A stretch of DNA of 64,000 bases from contig OZ024741.1 in NCBI GenBank assembly GCA_964016885.1, positions 83,886,001 through 83,950,000 of the forward strand. Direction: 5' to 3'. The DNA is from Eledone cirrhosa (taxonomy: Eukaryota). Shown here one piece after another: positions 1 to 12,858 of the stretch. The notes under the pieces were generated by a model that searched no databases, had not been told where the DNA came from, and saw nothing but the letters and a program-made list of their open reading frames with translations. A program made the translations under genes and the position numbers. The first letter of the stretch is position 1, and each line of letters begins with the position of its first letter.

Positions 1-167
1 TACTTTAGGCACAAGGCCACCAAATACCCAGTGCATTACTGGTACTTTATTTTATCGATCCCGTAAGGATGAAAGGCAAAGTTAACCTCAGCGGGATTTG
101 AACTCAAACCGTAAAGGGACGTAACTATGCTAGAAAGCATGGCGTCCAACCCTCTACAGATACTGCC
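1..167 (-). mobile_element. tRNA-derived SINE (MetaSINE-like core), family A
   Basis: Reverse complement matches the copy at 10503-10689: A-box-like TGGCAGTAT, B-box-like GAGTTCAAATCC, core CCTTTCATCCTTACGGG.TCGATAAAATAAAGTACCAG. Confidence 0.8.
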
Positions 168-204
168 ATGTAATAATAATAATAAGAAGAAGAAGAAGAA
201 GGAA

Positions 205-1153
205 GAAGTAGACGCACGTATGGAAAAGCCTCTGTATGGAAAATACCCAGAACGAGCTAACAATCCTGATGTTGACAAAACTTTAACCCATCAGCGGTTG
301 GCATCCTCTGGACTGAAATCGGAGACTGAAGGACTGATTATATCAGCACAAGATCAGTGTCAGCCAACAAAAAATTACCAACCCAACATAATAAAAAATG
401 GATGTAGCCCATTATGCCGTGTATGTAAAAAACAACCAGAGACCATTGACCATATAATTTCAATGTGCAGTCCTATAGCTCCAACCGAATACCTAAACAG
501 GCATGACAGCGCTGCACAATACATACATTGGATAATGTGTAAGCATTTTGACCTGCCCCACCAAAAGAATTTGTGGGAGCATCAACCAACTCCCATACTT
601 GAAAAAGATGACATCTCAATCTTGTGGAACTTTAGCATCCAAACTGACAGAAAAATAGATGCAAATAGACCTGATATAATACTGAAGTACTTTAAAAAGA
701 GGGTATGCCTGCTAATAAATATGTCCGTTCCAATAGACAAGAATGTATCTATGAAAACATTTGAAAAATTGAGCAAGTATAAGGACCTGGAGAGAGAAAT
801 TGGAAAAATGTGGAAATTGAGAACTAAAACAATACCAGTGGTTGTAGGCTCTCTAGGAATGATACCTAAGGGATCTAATGATTACTTATCGCAAATCCCA
901 GGAAACCCGCGTATAGGAGAAATACAAAAGATAGTACTTATGGGAACTGGCCATATACTAAGGAAGATTCTGTCAATATAAGTACATCACAAGTCAAAAC
1001 ACCTAAAGATGCATGTGTGAATATGTATGTTCTTTGTTGAACATGGCGGACCTTGTTGTCTCTTTAGGTCACCGGTTGTGACTTGGTGATAACTCGTATG
1101 AACATAAAGCAATATAAATGCAGCTGTAATAATAATAATAATAATAATAATAA
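205..1153 (+). mobile_element. 5'-truncated R4/Dong-like non-LTR retrotransposon (REL endonuclease C-terminus, 3' UTR, (TAA)n tail)
   Basis: ORF 127-981 has CCHC knuckle CRVC..HIISMC, RHD, RPDI, K..KY and IPVVVGSLG motifs of RLE LINEs; stop at 981; (TAA)n at about 1127-1153. Confidence 0.85.
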
Positions 1154-4100
1154 TGGATGGATAAGCGAGTTGGAACTGTATGGAGTGTGCAGAGAGATTA
1201 GGTTAGAAATGGAGAGTCGAGTATGCCAGGCAAAGGAGCCAGTGGGAAATGAAGGTAAAGAGGTTGAGAGAACGGAGGAAGCATCCGAAGCAGACAATGA
1301 TCTGAATGCTTAAATAAATAACATCTGGAACAAAGATACGGCCATTGAGGAAATGAATGCTGACGGGCTAGGACAAGATTTGGTTGATATCCTAAACTTA
1401 GTGCTAGATGAAATGAACAATGATAGCGTGAAACCTATGAACCTAAGATTTGTAGACAGGAAAAAGTGAAAAGAAACAACAGCTAAGGTAAACAAAGTCA
1501 TCCCATACCTTGAGGCGAGTAACCTTCACCAATGCAACAATATCCTCAAAGCAACAGCAAATGCGGTGAAGAAATTATTTGGCATAAAAACGAGAGGAAA
1601 CAACAAACAAGAAAGATCAGGACCTTGGTGGAAGAAACGACTGAATGGTCAAATCAAGGAATTGAGAAATGACATTAGGATGCTTGAGTGCCTACTGAAA
1701 GCGACACTAAAAAATATAGACACTAAAATTAGACTGGAAATAAAGTACAAAACTAGGAAGAAAATGCTAAATATCATCTTAGAGTAACTGAAGCAACGCA
1801 TTGTAGCAAAGAGTGCAAAGATTAGGCGGTATGAGAGCAGAGTCAGTCAGTATAGACAGAACCGCATGTTTGACAACAACCAGAAGATGATGTTTGGACA
1901 GCTTGAAGGGAAAGAAAGAGGCAACGACTTGATCCCTGAGGCGGAACAGACTAAGACATTCTGGAGAATAATATGGGAGCAAGATGTTGAACATAATGAT
2001 CAGGCAGTGTGGATTGAGACAGTACAGAAGGAGATTAGTGAACAAGCACACCAACAAACTGATTTGAGTATCACAGTTGAAATTATTAAAGGGCAGGACA
2101 AAAAACTAACCAACTGGAAATCACCAGGCCCAGATTGTGTGCAGGGGTATTGGATTAAAAATATAGAATCCCTCGACCCGAAACTGACAACCATGTTCAA
2201 TGACTGCTTGATGTCGGGTGAGGTACCAGAGTGGTTGACAAAAGGTACCATAGTTCTGGTAATGAAAAACCGATTCACGGGTAATGATGTTACCAACTAT
2301 AGACCTATAACATGTCTGTCCGTAATGTGGAAACTGTTAACAAGCATTGTCTCTGAGGAAATCTACCATCACCTCCACATAAACAACTTATTCCCGGACG
2401 AACAGAAAGGATGCCGAAAGAAGTTCCGTGGTACAAAAGCCCAGTTATTTATTGATAAGATGGTAATGAGGAATTGCAAGAGGAGACACACTGGTCTTGC
2501 CATGGGCTGGATAGATTACAAAAAGGCATTCGACATGGTACCTCATTCTTGGATAACCAAAAGCCTAGAGATCTTCAAGGTGGCAGATAACATCAGTTGT
2601 TGAGCAAAAGTATGAAGTCCTGGAAAACAGAGTTAACATCGGGTGGAGAATCCTTCGGAGGCGTGAAGATCAAGAGACGTATCTTCCAGGGAGATTGTTT
2701 GTCCCCTCTGCTGTTTGACCTTGCCCTGATACCCCTGACTATTATACTGCGAAAAGTGAGAACAGGATACAAGTTGGGAAAAGGAGAGCTTACCATCAAC
2801 CACCGCCACTTCATGGACGATCTTAAACTCTTTGGGAAGAGTGAGAAGGAGTTGGATCTACTTGTTCACACTGTCCGTATTTTCAGCAATGATATATGTA
2901 TGGAATTTGGTATTAAAAAGTGTGGGGTCCTAGGTGTTCTGGAGGCAGATAACATCAAGAACAAAAAAATGAAGGAATTGATAAGATCTGAGTACATTAG
3001 GAGAGTAAGGAGCGTATTAAAATAACATCTAAATAGTAAGAATGTCATAAGTGCAGTGAATTCCCGTGCTGTGTCTATTATTAGGTACAGTGCGGGAATT
3101 CTGAAATGGAATGTTGCTGAACAAAAAGAAATGGATAGGAAGACTAGGAAGCTATTGACTATCTACAACATGTTCCACAAGAGGAGTGATGTCGATAGTC
3201 TCTACTTAAAGAGATCTGAAGGTAGAAGAGGTCTTATCAGCATAGAAGACTGTGTTCAGATGGAGAAAAACAACGTGCACAAATACGTGACTGACAGTAG
3301 AGAGCCAATGCTCACAATTGTACTGAAGGAGAAGACAATAGACCAGGGGATGCCCAAGGAGGAAATAACAACAAGGAGGAAGAGCAACCTTCAAGAAAAA
3401 CCCCTTCATAGTACCTTCTTTAAGAAAACTGAATTTAGAGATCCACAGACATAGAACTGGTTAAAAAGAGGAGACCTTAAAAAAGCTACAGAAGGAATGC
3501 TAATGGCTGCGCAAGAGCAGGCCCTCAGAACGAAGTGGTTGAAACACCATATTTACAAGGAGGAGGCTAGCCCACTGTGTATGATCTGTGGAGAGAGAGA
3601 GAGAGAGGAGACTGTGGCTCACATTGTATCCGAGTGTAAACACCTAGCCCAGACTCACTATAAAGGCTGGAGACATGATGTGATGGGCAGGGTGATCCAC
3701 TGGCACCTATGCAAAGTAAACAATTTACCACATTCTGAGAAGTGGTATGCGCATAATCCCAGAGTCGGTGATAGAAAACGATCAGGTGAAGTTGCTATGG
3801 GATTTTAGGATACAGACGGACAAGAAACTGGAACACAATAGGCCTGACCTGATTGTTATGGACAAGGAAAAATGATCGTGCCTGATTGTAGATGTTGCCT
3901 GCCCATTTGACACGAGAGTGCAAGAAAAGAGGATGGAGAAAATTAATCGATACCAGGACTTAAAATGGGAGGTAAAAATGATTTGGAACTGCCATGAAGT
4001 CAGAGTCGTCCCGATTGTCATAGGCGCACTAGGTACTATCTCAAAGAGTTTTCAAGGATGGTTAAAGAAAATTAGTCCAGCCCCGCTTTTTTGAATACTT

Positions 4101-4258
4101 CAAAAGGCATGCTGGCTGGGAACAGCAAGAACCCTCCGATACGTTCTGAATATCTGATGCTGCAGGTAGCGGCTTGATATTCATTTCAACAAACTTTCCA
4201 GTTAAATAACATCAATGACTGAGACTCAAAGAATAATAATATTAATAATAATAATAAT
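1154..4258 (+). mobile_element. Degenerate R4/Dong-like LINE (RT plus REL endonuclease), frameshifted
   Basis: ORF pieces give KSPGPD, YRPITCL, WIDYKKAFDMVPH, IFQGDCLSP, FMDDLKLF, CMICG..HIVSEC, RHD, RPDL; stops and frameshifts; internal deletion near 2930; (TAA)n-like tail 4232-4258. Confidence 0.9.
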
Positions 4259-4315
4259 TTCACACGTATTGAATAGAGCACTATCTCTGTGAGTATGGTA
4301 TCCCTCCTTGTGTGG

Positions 4316-4350
<35 letters not shown>

Positions 4351-4474
4351 TGCGTGTGTGTGTCTGTGTGAGTGTGGTTGTGTGTGTGTGTGTGTGTGCG
4401 TGTGTGTGTGTGAGAATGATATCCCTCTGTAAGAATGGTAAGCTGTAAATTATATTCAATGTAGTTTGTTAACC

Positions 4475-4664
4475 GCATGGCGTCCGACCCGCTACCGATA
4501 CTGCCAATCCACCATTGACGCATTGAGTTACGGCCCTTGCAATTCTGAGTTCAAATCCCGCCGAGGTTAACTTTGCCTTTCATCCTTACGGGGTCGATAA
4601 AATAAAATACCAGTAATGCACTGCGTAATTGCTGGCTTTGTGCCGAATGTAGAAACAATTATTA
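4475..4664 (+). mobile_element. SINE family A with inverted 5' head
   Basis: 4475-4513 is the SINE head on the minus strand; 4526-4664 is the B box, core and tail on the plus strand. Confidence 0.75.
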
Positions 4665-5070
4665 CCGATCTCAATTTCCAGGAAATCCAAAATTGGGAGA
4701 AATTCTGAAAATAGTTCTCCTGAGTACTGCTCATATCCTACGGAAATTGTAATTCTGAAACAATATTTAAAACTATGTTTAAATGTACATAATAGTATAC
4801 AGTATAAGTTTTATTGTTATTTTATTGTCATTCTATCATTTAGTAATAACAACTTTTAAATACACTTTAATTTTCTTATGTTTTAACAGACATTATTTAG
4901 AATAATATTTCTTCCTACCTTAAGGCAAATAATTAAAACACAAATTCCTATCACCGAACAATATTCTTCTTCTAAAACATGCTAGTTATCGAATAGCCTA
5001 CCCATAATACCTACTACAACTTATAACCTGATGCCTCCTAGTGTTTTGAGGTGAAACGTTAAATTATTAT
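4665..5070 (+). mobile_element. Extreme 3' remnant of a third Dong-like LINE
   Basis: 4667-4750 translates SQFPGNPKLGEILKIVLLSTAHILRKL, homologous to the C-terminus of ORF 127-981; the extent of the 3' UTR is approximate. Confidence 0.65.
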
Positions 5071-5094
5071 ATTTTGTTCAAACTCAATGCAGAA

Positions 5095-5500
5095 ATGGTT
5101 TCTGATTTAGAAACAAGGCCAATCATTTTAAGGTAGAGGAAAGACGATTAAATCGATCCCAGTGGATTATTGTTACTTTATTTTATCGACCGCAATAACG
5201 ATGAAAGGTGAAGTTAATCTCGGTATGATTTGAACTTAGAAAGTAAAGGGCCATTACATATAAAGGGCCTTCTATGCTTTACCGATACTGCTAATCTACA
5301 ACAATTATAAAGATTTCTACTTTGGGCCAGCAATTTTGTGGGAGGGATAAAATGAATTTACCAACCTCAGTACCTAACAGTAACATTATCCTATCTACCT
5401 CGAAAGGATGAAAGGAAAAGTTGACATCGGCGAGATTTGAACTCAGGACGTAAAGATCTGCAATTAGATGCTGCATAGCCCTTTTCCAATGCTAATAATA
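5095..5500 (-). mobile_element. Two diverged tandem SINE family A copies (about 5095-5295 and 5305-5500)
   Basis: Both contain the antisense core GATGAAAGG..AAGTT.A..TCGG..GATTTGAACT. Confidence 0.7.
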
Positions 5501-7601
5501 ACATTTTCAATAACAGTAAAAAATGAAGCATCTTATCTAGAAATGTATTAAACTAGGAGAAACTGATTTGAGAAATATTTTGATGTTGAGATTATGTTTA
5601 TCGGTTTATCTACCGCGACCCAGAAATTCACAATGAGAGATCGAAAAAATAATTACCACGCAGAAATAATTACACGGTTAACGCGACCGACTAAACTCTA
5701 AAAAACCCTGCCTAAGCATGGCTAGAATATATTTCCTGAAAACAGTCAATAAAAGAACGGAAGAATACTTGTCTAGATTTGAACCTGAGTCTTAGAAGCC
5801 AAAGTATTGAAATACTTTTCTCTGTGAGCTATTATTCTCTTATTTAATTATAGCAAACCTTTACTTGACCCATCTTATTCCATTGAATAAAACATTTCTT
5901 TAGAGATCGAGTTAATTATACAGCACCAACCATCATGTTTGATAAGAAAATCTAAGCTTCACGTCTTTCTTTTTTATTTTCATGTTTCTTTCTCATTCAT
6001 ATAAAATCTATTATGATGTCTTGACCACACATAGGTATCCAACAGTTCTGGAACTAATAATATTTCTTTCTTTCCTTTTCTTTTATTTGTACTTTTTTTT
6101 AGTCCACCCTTCTACTATTGTCAATGATTTGCAGTTAAAGATAGGCGATCTCCAGCAGTGTACAGAGTTGCATACGAAACACCTGATGTCAGCTTACTAT
6201 CGGCAGATCTTTCATTAGTTTTCACTGGCCTGCCATCAACGATTTCATCTTACAGCCCTGAAGGCATCTTGTATTGAAATCTTAGACAGCTTTTCCGATT
6301 ACTGCTTGCTGATTGAATTGGTTTCAGACGCCTTTCGTTTTGATTTCTGACGAAGACATTTGAGCTCTCTTGACGTAATCCATGGTATATAATTAAGTTA
6401 GGTTGTAATTCTAAAATAAAAAAATCAGGCAATTGAATAAAGAGATGCTGATCGAAATCATTTCACTGATGTTTTGAAAAGGAACGATGGGGACAGTATT
6501 GAAAGAAAATGAATAACCAGAACATTGAGATGTAAACCACGATGGAAATACTTCATTAAGTCGTTTACTTCAACAAAGAAAATTAAATCATTCTTATTAT
6601 TATATCATGTATTCAATAGAAAGATGTATGAATAATGATAAGCATTTTCAGTGATTTACTAAAAATAGTCGAAAATATGTCCAGCAGATTTGATTTGTAC
6701 TACACATCATGTAATTGCCAGAATAATAGTTTTGGCTGTAGCGCTTGACTCTATTCAACTGAAAAAGTTATATAGTATTTTATTTATTCAAACCTTGTAT
6801 ATATTATAATATTTATTTCCTTCATTATAAGTAAAACGAAAATACTAATTTGACCATTCCATAATTTCTAAGAAACCAATCTTTGTTCTACATCAATATA
6901 AGCTAATAATAGTTAATTTTTCAAGTACCCAGAGATTAAAAAAATCACACTATCGTCTAAAAGAAAGACAAGAATTTCCAGTTTGAAACCAATCTCAAAT
7001 AGGTCCTTTGGGTATAACTAATGGGCCATATTTGAGCTATCGTAAAAGGCTATTTATAGTAATATATTTCATGTGTCTTTGTTAAACGGTTATTCTCACT
7101 CCAATTAAATTAATACAATATATCTTCCGTATTTGAAGCGTACACTGGCTCGAATTAATAATCAACTATGGTCGAACAGGAAGAATAGTCTAACGTCAGT
7201 GGTAACCTCTACACTTCTTGCCAAAGACTGGTTGTAATTATATCTTCATATGTAATGAATCATAGGTTATTAATTGTCAAACGTTTGTTGTCTCGGCACA
7301 TATATTTCACTATAGATAAGCATTTAAGTAACACGAACAATATTATATTCGAGAGGACACCAAAGAGTCTCCATCAAACCAATCATACTCACAAAGCATG
7401 CATGGAGCCCAAGCTATTCTAAATGACGTTTTAACATGTTCTTATGCAACAAGGTCGTAGTCAGAAGTTTATGATATTGAAGTTAGCCTCTTAACTGCTG
7501 GGCCATTCAATGTTAAAATGATCAATTGTCCATAATTCTTAGAAATAAAAAGTAAGTCGGAATGTCATGTTACGTGGAAGTTTTAGACATGGCAACACAC
7601 T

Positions 7602-7670
<69 letters not shown>

Positions 7671-8754
7671 ATAATAATAAAATTGAAGACTAAAATCCAA
7701 AGAGGGCTCGATAAGGAAAATATATATCAAATATATAAGAACCGTAGAGCAAATATTTATTAAAATAACGGATTAAAGTTTAAGCAAAGAATCGCTGCTT
7801 TTACCCTTAACGGGATCTTCTGAAACTAACAAAGTCAATCTGTAAACGCAGAACTGGATATTTCAAAAAACGTTGCAACCGGAGGAAGACAGGAAGACGA
7901 TACTTTGGTTCGTGGTAACGTTCGCTGGCAAAGAACGGGAAAAACCGAATAATACGTCATTAATAGGAGCGGTGAAAAACTATTACGCGCAAAGGCAAAA
8001 CCACGTTTATGGTATAAAAGAGGTCGTAGACTAATGTTCTCTTAGGTGGTGTATAGAGACGTTCTCTGGCAATGAACGAAAAAACGAAGATAATAAGTCA
8101 TATGTGGAGCGTGGAGAACAAAGCACGCAAAGACAAAATCACGTAAATGGTATAGCAGAAATTGTAGACTAAAATTCTAACTAGGAGACCAAATGAATCT
8201 CCGCTACAGAGTTAAGAACAAAGTAAATAAATACAATACAGAAGTAATAGGAACAAATAAATACATACACGCAAACAGATACGTACATACACAAGCATAC
8301 GCAAAACCTTACCATGGGTATACAAAACCACGCACATATAAATATGTGTGTGTGTGTATGCTTGTGTACAAATAAATAAATAATTATATTAACGTATATA
8401 AGTAAATAAATACGTATATAACAAGCGCACACGCATACCTACATATAAATACACGAATGTTCGGAGACGTAAGTCAACTAAAACAAGAAGTACACATATA
8501 CACACACCCACCATACGTACGAACCTGCACACTCATGCGGACGCAAAACTCCCGTATACACATAGCCAAACCCTAAATACCAGAATATGTAAAAATTATA
8601 CGCTATAACAGTCAAATATACGTACGAGAAGGTATACATACCTTCACAAAACATACGGGTAATATATACTTACCTATGCAAATAAGTAAAGGAATAAACA
8701 AAACATATACTTAGCTCCCACATCAAGACGTAAAATATCCACGTATAGATCGTG

Positions 8755-11091
8755 CTATCCGTTAGGGTATAACGTGGGGCTGTAATACAGGAAAGTTTTA
8801 TGCAATTTATGTTTACAAGCCAAAATTGCCTCAGATTTTTTGTTTAAGATGTGGTCTGTAGCGTAGAGTATTTCCAGGGCCTCAGTGGCGCAGAGGTCAC
8901 ATGGTCTTTTATTTCCGTTATACGATCTAGCCCTAGCTAGGATCTCCCAGTGTAACTTATTTTGGGTGTCGTTGTCTTTTAGACTCCAGATATAAGCTGA
9001 AAGTGACGTCATATTCCTTCTTAGAGGGTAACGAAAAGAATGGGTATGCATGTAAAGACGCTGCTTGAAACTATTGGCGGTTAACCCTATGTAGGCCCTA
9101 CGGGACGTGGGTGTTACAACCTTACATTTGTAGACAATGTTACTAGAGAGACATTTCCCGGATAGGGGGCAATCAGCCCGATTCCTACAATTACAGTTAG
9201 TACTACCTACAGGGTTGCACGTGTTCCTACGGCTAGGTAGTTTAGCTAAATTTGAAACTGTGATGTTATGTGTAAGGTTAGGAGTCGTAGAGTAAGAAAT
9301 GTTAATAGTATTTCTATTAAAAATGTTATTATATTTATGTGTAGGGGGAAAATGCTTCGTAATAAGGGAAAGAAAGATCTTAGCTAATGGTGTGGCCACC
9401 TCCATATTATATGGTGGGTTAAACCAACAAATGCGACGGGATCTATTTCTTCTAGGTCTATTTTCGTACACTGTATATGCTACCTTATCGACAAATCCAC
9501 TTCGAGCAAGAGCTTCATTGTAATAAGTGGAATGGTCGTTGAAAATGCGCTCGTTGCTGGAAAGACGGGAAAGCCTCAACGAAACGTTTCTTACCAGGTT
9601 CTTGGTTATGCTGGCAGGATGGTTGGAATGCTTACTTATGTAATTAAGCGTATCATTCGGCTTTCTATACGGGTAATACAACCCATTCAATAAATTGAGG
9701 GTAACGTCGAGGTAATTAACGACCGAGAGATTGGCCTCAACCTGTATAGAGAGGTTGAAGCCTTTAAAGAAGGCTGTGAGTTCTTTTCTGAACCTGTCGC
9801 AAGCACGAGGTCCGCACTTAGTCATGGTCAAAAGACCATCGTCACGGTACAAACCACCGCCCGCGTTGGCGAATTCGTCCTTGATAGAGAAAAGAAGGAA
9901 AAGGCCAATAAGATCAGTAACCTCCGCAGAGTCACTGGCGCCCATACTCACGTCGAATGGGGTACTATTGGATTTTTTAATCCAAATAGAGTCGTCGAAA
10001 TTAATCACCGTCTTTCGGGCATTAAGGATGACATCAACTTCAAAATCCTTAACCACTGTGAGTGTTTTAGCGAAATTGATAGCTCTAAGGAGAAGTGGTA
10101 AAGTGATGGAGGAGTAGTAACTGTTGATGTCGAATTGGATAAAACGGCAATGTTCCTTGTTACATATGCCGTTGAACCAATCAATCACCGCGAAAGAATT
10201 GTTCCACAGTGCGAGAGGGGCCAAACATCTAATTTCAGGTATAATTCTATCAAGAATCGTTTTACTAAGTCTACCTAAATCGGACTTCGTAGGGTTAATA
10301 AGCCGAATAGAGGGGTTGTTCGGAAAATTGGATTTGTGATCCTTCAGGGTAAAGTGGGGAGAGATAGGGTCCAGAGGTTCGGTCCGGTCCAGGATGTTGA
10401 GATCAGATGTGATTTTAAACCCAGCATCGTTGATTTCATTGATGACGCACCGATTAGTTTTACGGTAATCCTTAGTTACAGCATTATGTAGTAGTTGATG
10501 GTGGTGTGGTGGATTGGCAGTATCGGTAGAGGGTCGGACGCCATGCTTTCCAGCATAGTTACGTCCCTTTATGATCTGAGTTCAAATACCGCCGAGGTTG
10601 ACTTTGCCTTTCATCCTTACGGGGTCGATAAAATAAAGTACCAGTAATGTACTGGGTAATTTGCTGGCCTTGTGCCTAAAGTAGAAACAATTATGTAGTA
10701 GTTGATGGTAAGTACTGCGCTCCACTTGATATAGGTTGCCAGTTTTGTCGGAATGGACGTGCACGACGTTAGAATCCTTAATAAAACGAATTCTATTCTT
10801 CAGGTCTAGCTGGAAGGAATTGCTCCTATTCCGAAATTTGATATTCCGAATGAGTTCCAAGACATCATTTTCGAAGGGTAGCAATGCTGGGTTCCACGGA
10901 GGGTTATTATAAGTTTTAAATCCAAATTTATCCTGTTTGCTGTCTGCTTTTCGCGGATTATCTAAATAAAAGGCACGCCAACGCAACCTTTTAATGAACG
11001 CGTCTGTTTTCTGTATCAGGAGTTTTAGGTATGGTTTCCTGCTTGGTACGGGTATGTTCTTTGTAGAAATATTCAGATGTTGTTTCTGCAT
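8755..11091 (-). pseudogene. Naiad PLE RT-GIY-YIG ORF (709 aa after removing the SINE insertion)
   Basis: N-terminal KNIPVPS..FIKRLRWRA; RT motifs FDINSYYSSI, MGASDSAE, YRDDGL, YLDVTLNL; CNCR..CPL.GKCL; IVYKC..YIGLT; CDLC..E..LNKKSE. Manual translation across the SINE-free junction stays open. Confidence 0.92.
10503..10689 (+). mobile_element. Young SINE family A copy with 20-bp TSD
   Basis: TSD ATTATGTAGTAGTTGATGGT at 10483-10502 and 10690-10709; A and B boxes present. Confidence 0.92.
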
Positions 11092-11235
11092 GATGAATAT
11101 AAGTCAGTAGAGTGCTCAACCGAAGGAGCCAAATAGTAATAATAATAAAATTGAAGACTAAAATCCAAAGAGGGCTCGATAAGGAAAATATATATCAAAT
11201 ATATAAGAACCGTAGAGCAAATATTTATTAAAATA

Positions 11236-11311
11236 ACAGATTAAAGTTTAAGCAAATAATCGCTGCTTTCACCCTTAACGGGATCTTCTGAAACTAACAA
11301 AGTCAATCTGT
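11236..11311 (-). ncRNA. Type I hammerhead-like motif, variant core CAGAAGA (Naiad pLTR)
   Basis: AGTTT-CAGAAGA-tCCCgttaaGGGt-GAAA-GCA..TGC-TT-AAACT with an extended ACAGATTGA/TTAATCTGT stem; other copies at 7768-7843(-, GAAA mutated), 13770-13845(+), 42787-42862(+). Confidence 0.65.
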
Positions 11312-12207
11312 AAACGCAGAACTGGATATTTCAAAAAACGTTGCAACCGGAGGAAGACAGGAAGACGATACTTTGGTTCGTGGTAACGTTCGCTGGCAAA
11401 GAACGGGAAAAAACGAATAATACGTCATTAATAGAAGCGGTGAAAAACAATTACGCGCAAAGGCAAAACCACGTTTATGGTATAAAAGAGGTCGTAGACT
11501 AATGTTCTCTTAGGTGGTGCATAGAGACGTTCTCTGGCAATGAACGAAAAAACGAAGATAATAAGTCATATGTGAGCGTGAAGAACAATAGCACGCAAAG
11601 ACAAAACCACGTAAATGGTATAGCAGAAATCGTAGACTAAAATTCTAACTAGGAGACCAAATGAATCTCCGCTACAGAGTTAAGAACAAAGTAAATAAAT
11701 ACAATACAGAAATAATAGGAACAAATAAATACATACACGCAAACAGATACGTACATACACAAGGATACGCAAAACCTTACCATGGGTATACAAAACCACG
11801 CACATATAAATATGTGTGTGTGTATGCTTGTGTACAAATAAATAAATAATTATATAAACGTATATAAGTAAATAAATACGTATATAACAAGCGCACACGC
11901 ATACCTACATATAAATACACGAATGTTCGGAGACGTAAGTCAACTAAAACAAGAAGTACACATATACACACACCCACCATACGTACGAACCTGCACACTC
12001 ACGCGGACGCAAAACTCCCGTATACACATAGCCAAACCCTAAATACCAGAATATGTAAAAATTATACGCTATAACAGTCAAATATACGTACGAGAAGGTA
12101 TACATACCTTCACAAAACATACGGGTAATATATACTTACCTATACAAATACGTAAAGGAATAAACAAAACATATCGTCGCATTTGTTGGTTTAACCCACC
12201 ATATAAT

Positions 12208-12858
12208 ATGGAGGTGGCCACTCCATTAGCTAAGATCTTTCTTTCCCTTATTACGAAGCATTTTCGCCCTACACATAAATATAGTAAAATTTTTAAAAGA
12301 AATACTATTAAAATTTCTTACTCTACGACTCCTAACCTTGCACATAACATCACAGCTTCAAATTTAGCTAAACTACCTAGCCGTAGGAACACGTGCAACT
12401 CTGTAGGTAGTACTAACTGTAATTGTACGAATCGGGCTGATTGCCCCCTATCCGGGAAATGCCTCTCTAGTAACATTGTCTACATATGTAAGGTTGTAAC
12501 ACCCACGTCCCGTAGGGCCTACATAGGGTTAACCGCCAATAGTTTCAAGCAGCGTCTTTACATGCATACCCATTCTTTTCGTTACCCTCTAAGAAGGAAT
12601 ATGACGTCACTTTCAGCTTATATCTGGAGTCTAAAAGACAACGACACCCAATATAAGTTACACTGGGAGATCCTAGCTAGGGCTAGATCGTATAACGGAA
12701 ATAAAAGACCATGTGACCTCTGCGCCGCTGAGGCCCTTGAAATACTCTACGCTACAGACCACATCTTAAACAAAAAATCTGAGGCAATTTCGGCTTGTAA
12801 ACATAAATTGCACAAAACTTTCCTGTATTACAGCCCCACGTTATACCCTAACGGATAG
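12208..12858 (+). pseudogene. Inverted duplicate of the Naiad GIY-YIG endonuclease region
   Basis: 216-aa ORF nearly identical to the C-terminus of 8755-10224. Confidence 0.9.

Noticed and set aside
6100-6560. Possible mariner transposase C-terminal relic
   Set aside because: Only faint resemblance (YSP.., FE..TMGTV..); too decayed to call
10503-10689. tRNA gene
   Set aside because: A and B boxes are present but there is no cloverleaf; it is a multi-copy element with a TSD, i.e. a SINE
8755-11091. Selenoprotein Naiad
   Set aside because: The reconstructed native ORF has no in-frame TGA; the only TGA comes from the inserted SINE
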